In this document: one piece after another, positions 62,404-64,000 of the stretch
Layout: the number at the start of each line of letters is the position of its first letter
How positions within the stretch are numbered: the first letter of the stretch is position 1
NCBI GenBank assembly: GCA_963804995.1
Contig: CAWDSK010000006.1
Span: 544,001 to 608,000 of the forward strand
Length of the DNA: 64,000 nucleotides
Reading direction: 5' to 3'
From: an uncultured Acidobacteriota bacterium
GTDB lineage: Bacteria; Acidobacteriota; Terriglobia; UBA7540
Translations under genes and position numbers: made by a program
The notes under the pieces: generated by a model
What the model saw: the letters and a program-made list of their open reading frames with translations, nothing else
What the model was told of the DNA's origin: nothing
The model's database searches: none

Positions 62404-63390
62404 ATGAAACGCATAATTCCGCTCCTGATACTCTTGGCGATCGGCGGCACCGCGGTCTACTTCCATCCGCAATGGTTTCGTAAGCCGGCCCCTGAAAATG
62501 TGCTCAAGCTTTCGGGGAACATTGAAGCGCACGAGAGCCTGGTGAGCTTCAAGGTGACTGGCCGCGTCACTGACCTGCCCGTCGATGAGGGCATGACGCT
62601 GAAAGCCGGCGAGGTGGTGGCGCGGCTCGATAACGATGACTACCGGCAACAGGTGGCCGTGGACGAATCCGTTATTCACGTGCGCAACCGGCAACTTGAC
62701 CTGGGCCTGGCGGGCAGCCGGACACAAGACATCGAGGCCGCCAAGCTCGCGGTCGAGGACGCCAAGGCTGACCTTGACCAGAAGAAGAAGGACCTGGCGC
62801 GCTACCAGGCGCTCTACGAGAAGGACGAAATCCCCGGCCAGACGCGCGATTTGGCAGCCACTAACGTCACCCGCGCCCAAGCTACGTGGGAGCGCGCGCA
62901 GCAAGTCTACAATGAACTTGTGGAAGGAACGCGCAAGGAAGAACTGGCCGTCGACCACGCCAATGTTCACCAAGCGGACCAGAGCCTGGATTTGTCCCGC
63001 ATCCGGCTGGCTTATACCGTGCTGCGCGCGCCCTTCGATGGAGTAATTCTGACCCGCCAGGCGGAACTGGGAGAGGTGGTTTTGCCGGGCACGCCGATTA
63101 TCACGCTCGCCGACCTGGACCATCTATGGGTGCGGGTCTACGTGCCGGAGACTGATCTTGGCAAAGTGCATTGGGGGCAGGCGGTCGAGGTGCGGACTGA
63201 CACCTACCCCAACAAGATTTATCACGGTCGGATTTCCTTCGTCTCTTCAGAGGCGGAATTCACTCCCAAGAGCGTGCAGACTGAGACGGAGCGCGTCACG
63301 CTGGTTTACCGGGTGAAAGTAGACGTGGAGAATCCGAACCGGGAACTGAAGCCCGGAATGCCGGCTGACACCATTATCAAATTGCAGTAG
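62404..63390 (+). CDS. HlyD-family periplasmic adaptor (YbhG-like)
   Basis: LSGNIEA, RAPFDG, EAEFTPKSVQT, LKPGMPAD. Confidence 0.92.
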   Translation: MKRIIPLLILLAIGGTAVYFHPQWFRKPAPENVLKLSGNIEAHESLVSFKVTGRVTDLPVDEGMTLKAGEVVARLDNDDYRQQVAVDESVIHVRNRQLDLGLAGSRTQDIEAAKLAVEDAKADLDQKKKDLARYQALYEKDEIPGQTRDLAATNVTRAQATWERAQQVYNELVEGTRKEELAVDHANVHQADQSLDLSRIRLAYTVLRAPFDGVILTRQAELGEVVLPGTPIITLADLDHLWVRVYVPETDLGKVHWGQAVEVRTDTYPNKIYHGRISFVSSEAEFTPKSVQTETERVTLVYRVKVDVENPNRELKPGMPADTIIKLQ

Positions 63391-63400
63391 CGAGTACATC

Positions 63401-64000
63401 GTGAGCATCCCTCCTGCCATCGTCGTTTCCTCACTCAGCAAGCGCTTCGGCGAAGTACGCGCCGTGGAGGGGCTCAGCTTTGAAGTTTATGCGGGAGAGA
63501 TTTTTGGTTTGGTGGGGCCGGACGGCGCTGGCAAAACCACCGCGCTCCGCATGCTGGCGGGCGTGCTGGCAGTGGATTCAGGCTCGGCGACAGTGGCCGG
63601 CTTCGATGTGGTGCATGACCCGGAGGGCGCCAAGTTTCAGCTCAGCTATATGTCGCAACGATTCGGCCTCTACGAAGACCTTACAGTAGACGAAAATCTA
63701 CGGTTTTATGCGGATTTATTTGGAGTAGTGCGCAAGCAGCGCGAGCGGCGCTCCCAGGAATTGCTGGCGGCCGCCGGCCTGAGCGATTTCCGGAGCCGCC
63801 TGGCGGGGAACCTCTCGGGCGGGATGAAACAGAAACTCGGCCTGGTCTGCGCCTTGATTCACACGCCCAAGGTGATCCTCCTCGACGAACCGACCAACGG
63901 CGTCGATCCGGTATCGCGGCGCGACTTCTGGCGCATACTCTATTCACTGGTGGCCGAAGGCGTGGCCATTCTCACTTCCACTTCCTACCTCAACGAAGCG
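63401..64000 (+). CDS. ABC transporter ATP-binding protein (YbhF-like), truncated by window end
   Basis: GTG start; GPDGAGKTT, LSGGMKQKL, LLDEPT. Confidence 0.92.
   Translation, partial: MSIPPAIVVSSLSKRFGEVRAVEGLSFEVYAGEIFGLVGPDGAGKTTALRMLAGVLAVDSGSATVAGFDVVHDPEGAKFQLSYMSQRFGLYEDLTVDENLRFYADLFGVVRKQRERRSQELLAAAGLSDFRSRLAGNLSGGMKQKLGLVCALIHTPKVILLDEPTNGVDPVSRRDFWRILYSLVAEGVAILTSTSYLNEA

Overview
This is a GC-rich bacterial window. Its gene content (ECF sigma/zf-HC2 anti-sigma/DUF4097 operons, a SpoIVB-S55 plus beta-propeller pair, FGE-domain and TMTC-like genes) suggests Acidobacteriota, which is an inference. Housekeeping genes include ileS-lspA-RluA-family synthase, sucA, sodC, aroK, an Fpg/Nei glycosylase and a TetR-TolC-HlyD-ABC efflux operon that runs off the end. 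Intergenic DNA is dense with GTAG-type REP-like hairpins, some nested inside short TIR-bounded MITE-like shells. The strongest novel signal is a 4.09 kb cassette at 55931-60020 with no recognisable transposase. It has 18/19-bp terminal inverted repeats and an exact 11-bp target duplication, sits in a REP-like site, and carries one 1107-aa nuclease-like/helical-repeat gene, a candidate mobile defence cassette. A second signal is a ~9.3 kb module (11513-20803) bracketed by direct repeats next to a HigBA pair. It contains a sigma-54 two-component system, a consensus sigma-54 promoter, a pseudo-receiver with a decayed duplicate, and two paralogous small membrane proteins. At least five single-base frameshifts at short homopolymers suggest consensus errors. 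No rRNA, tRNA, CRISPR array, integrase or transposase gene was recognised.
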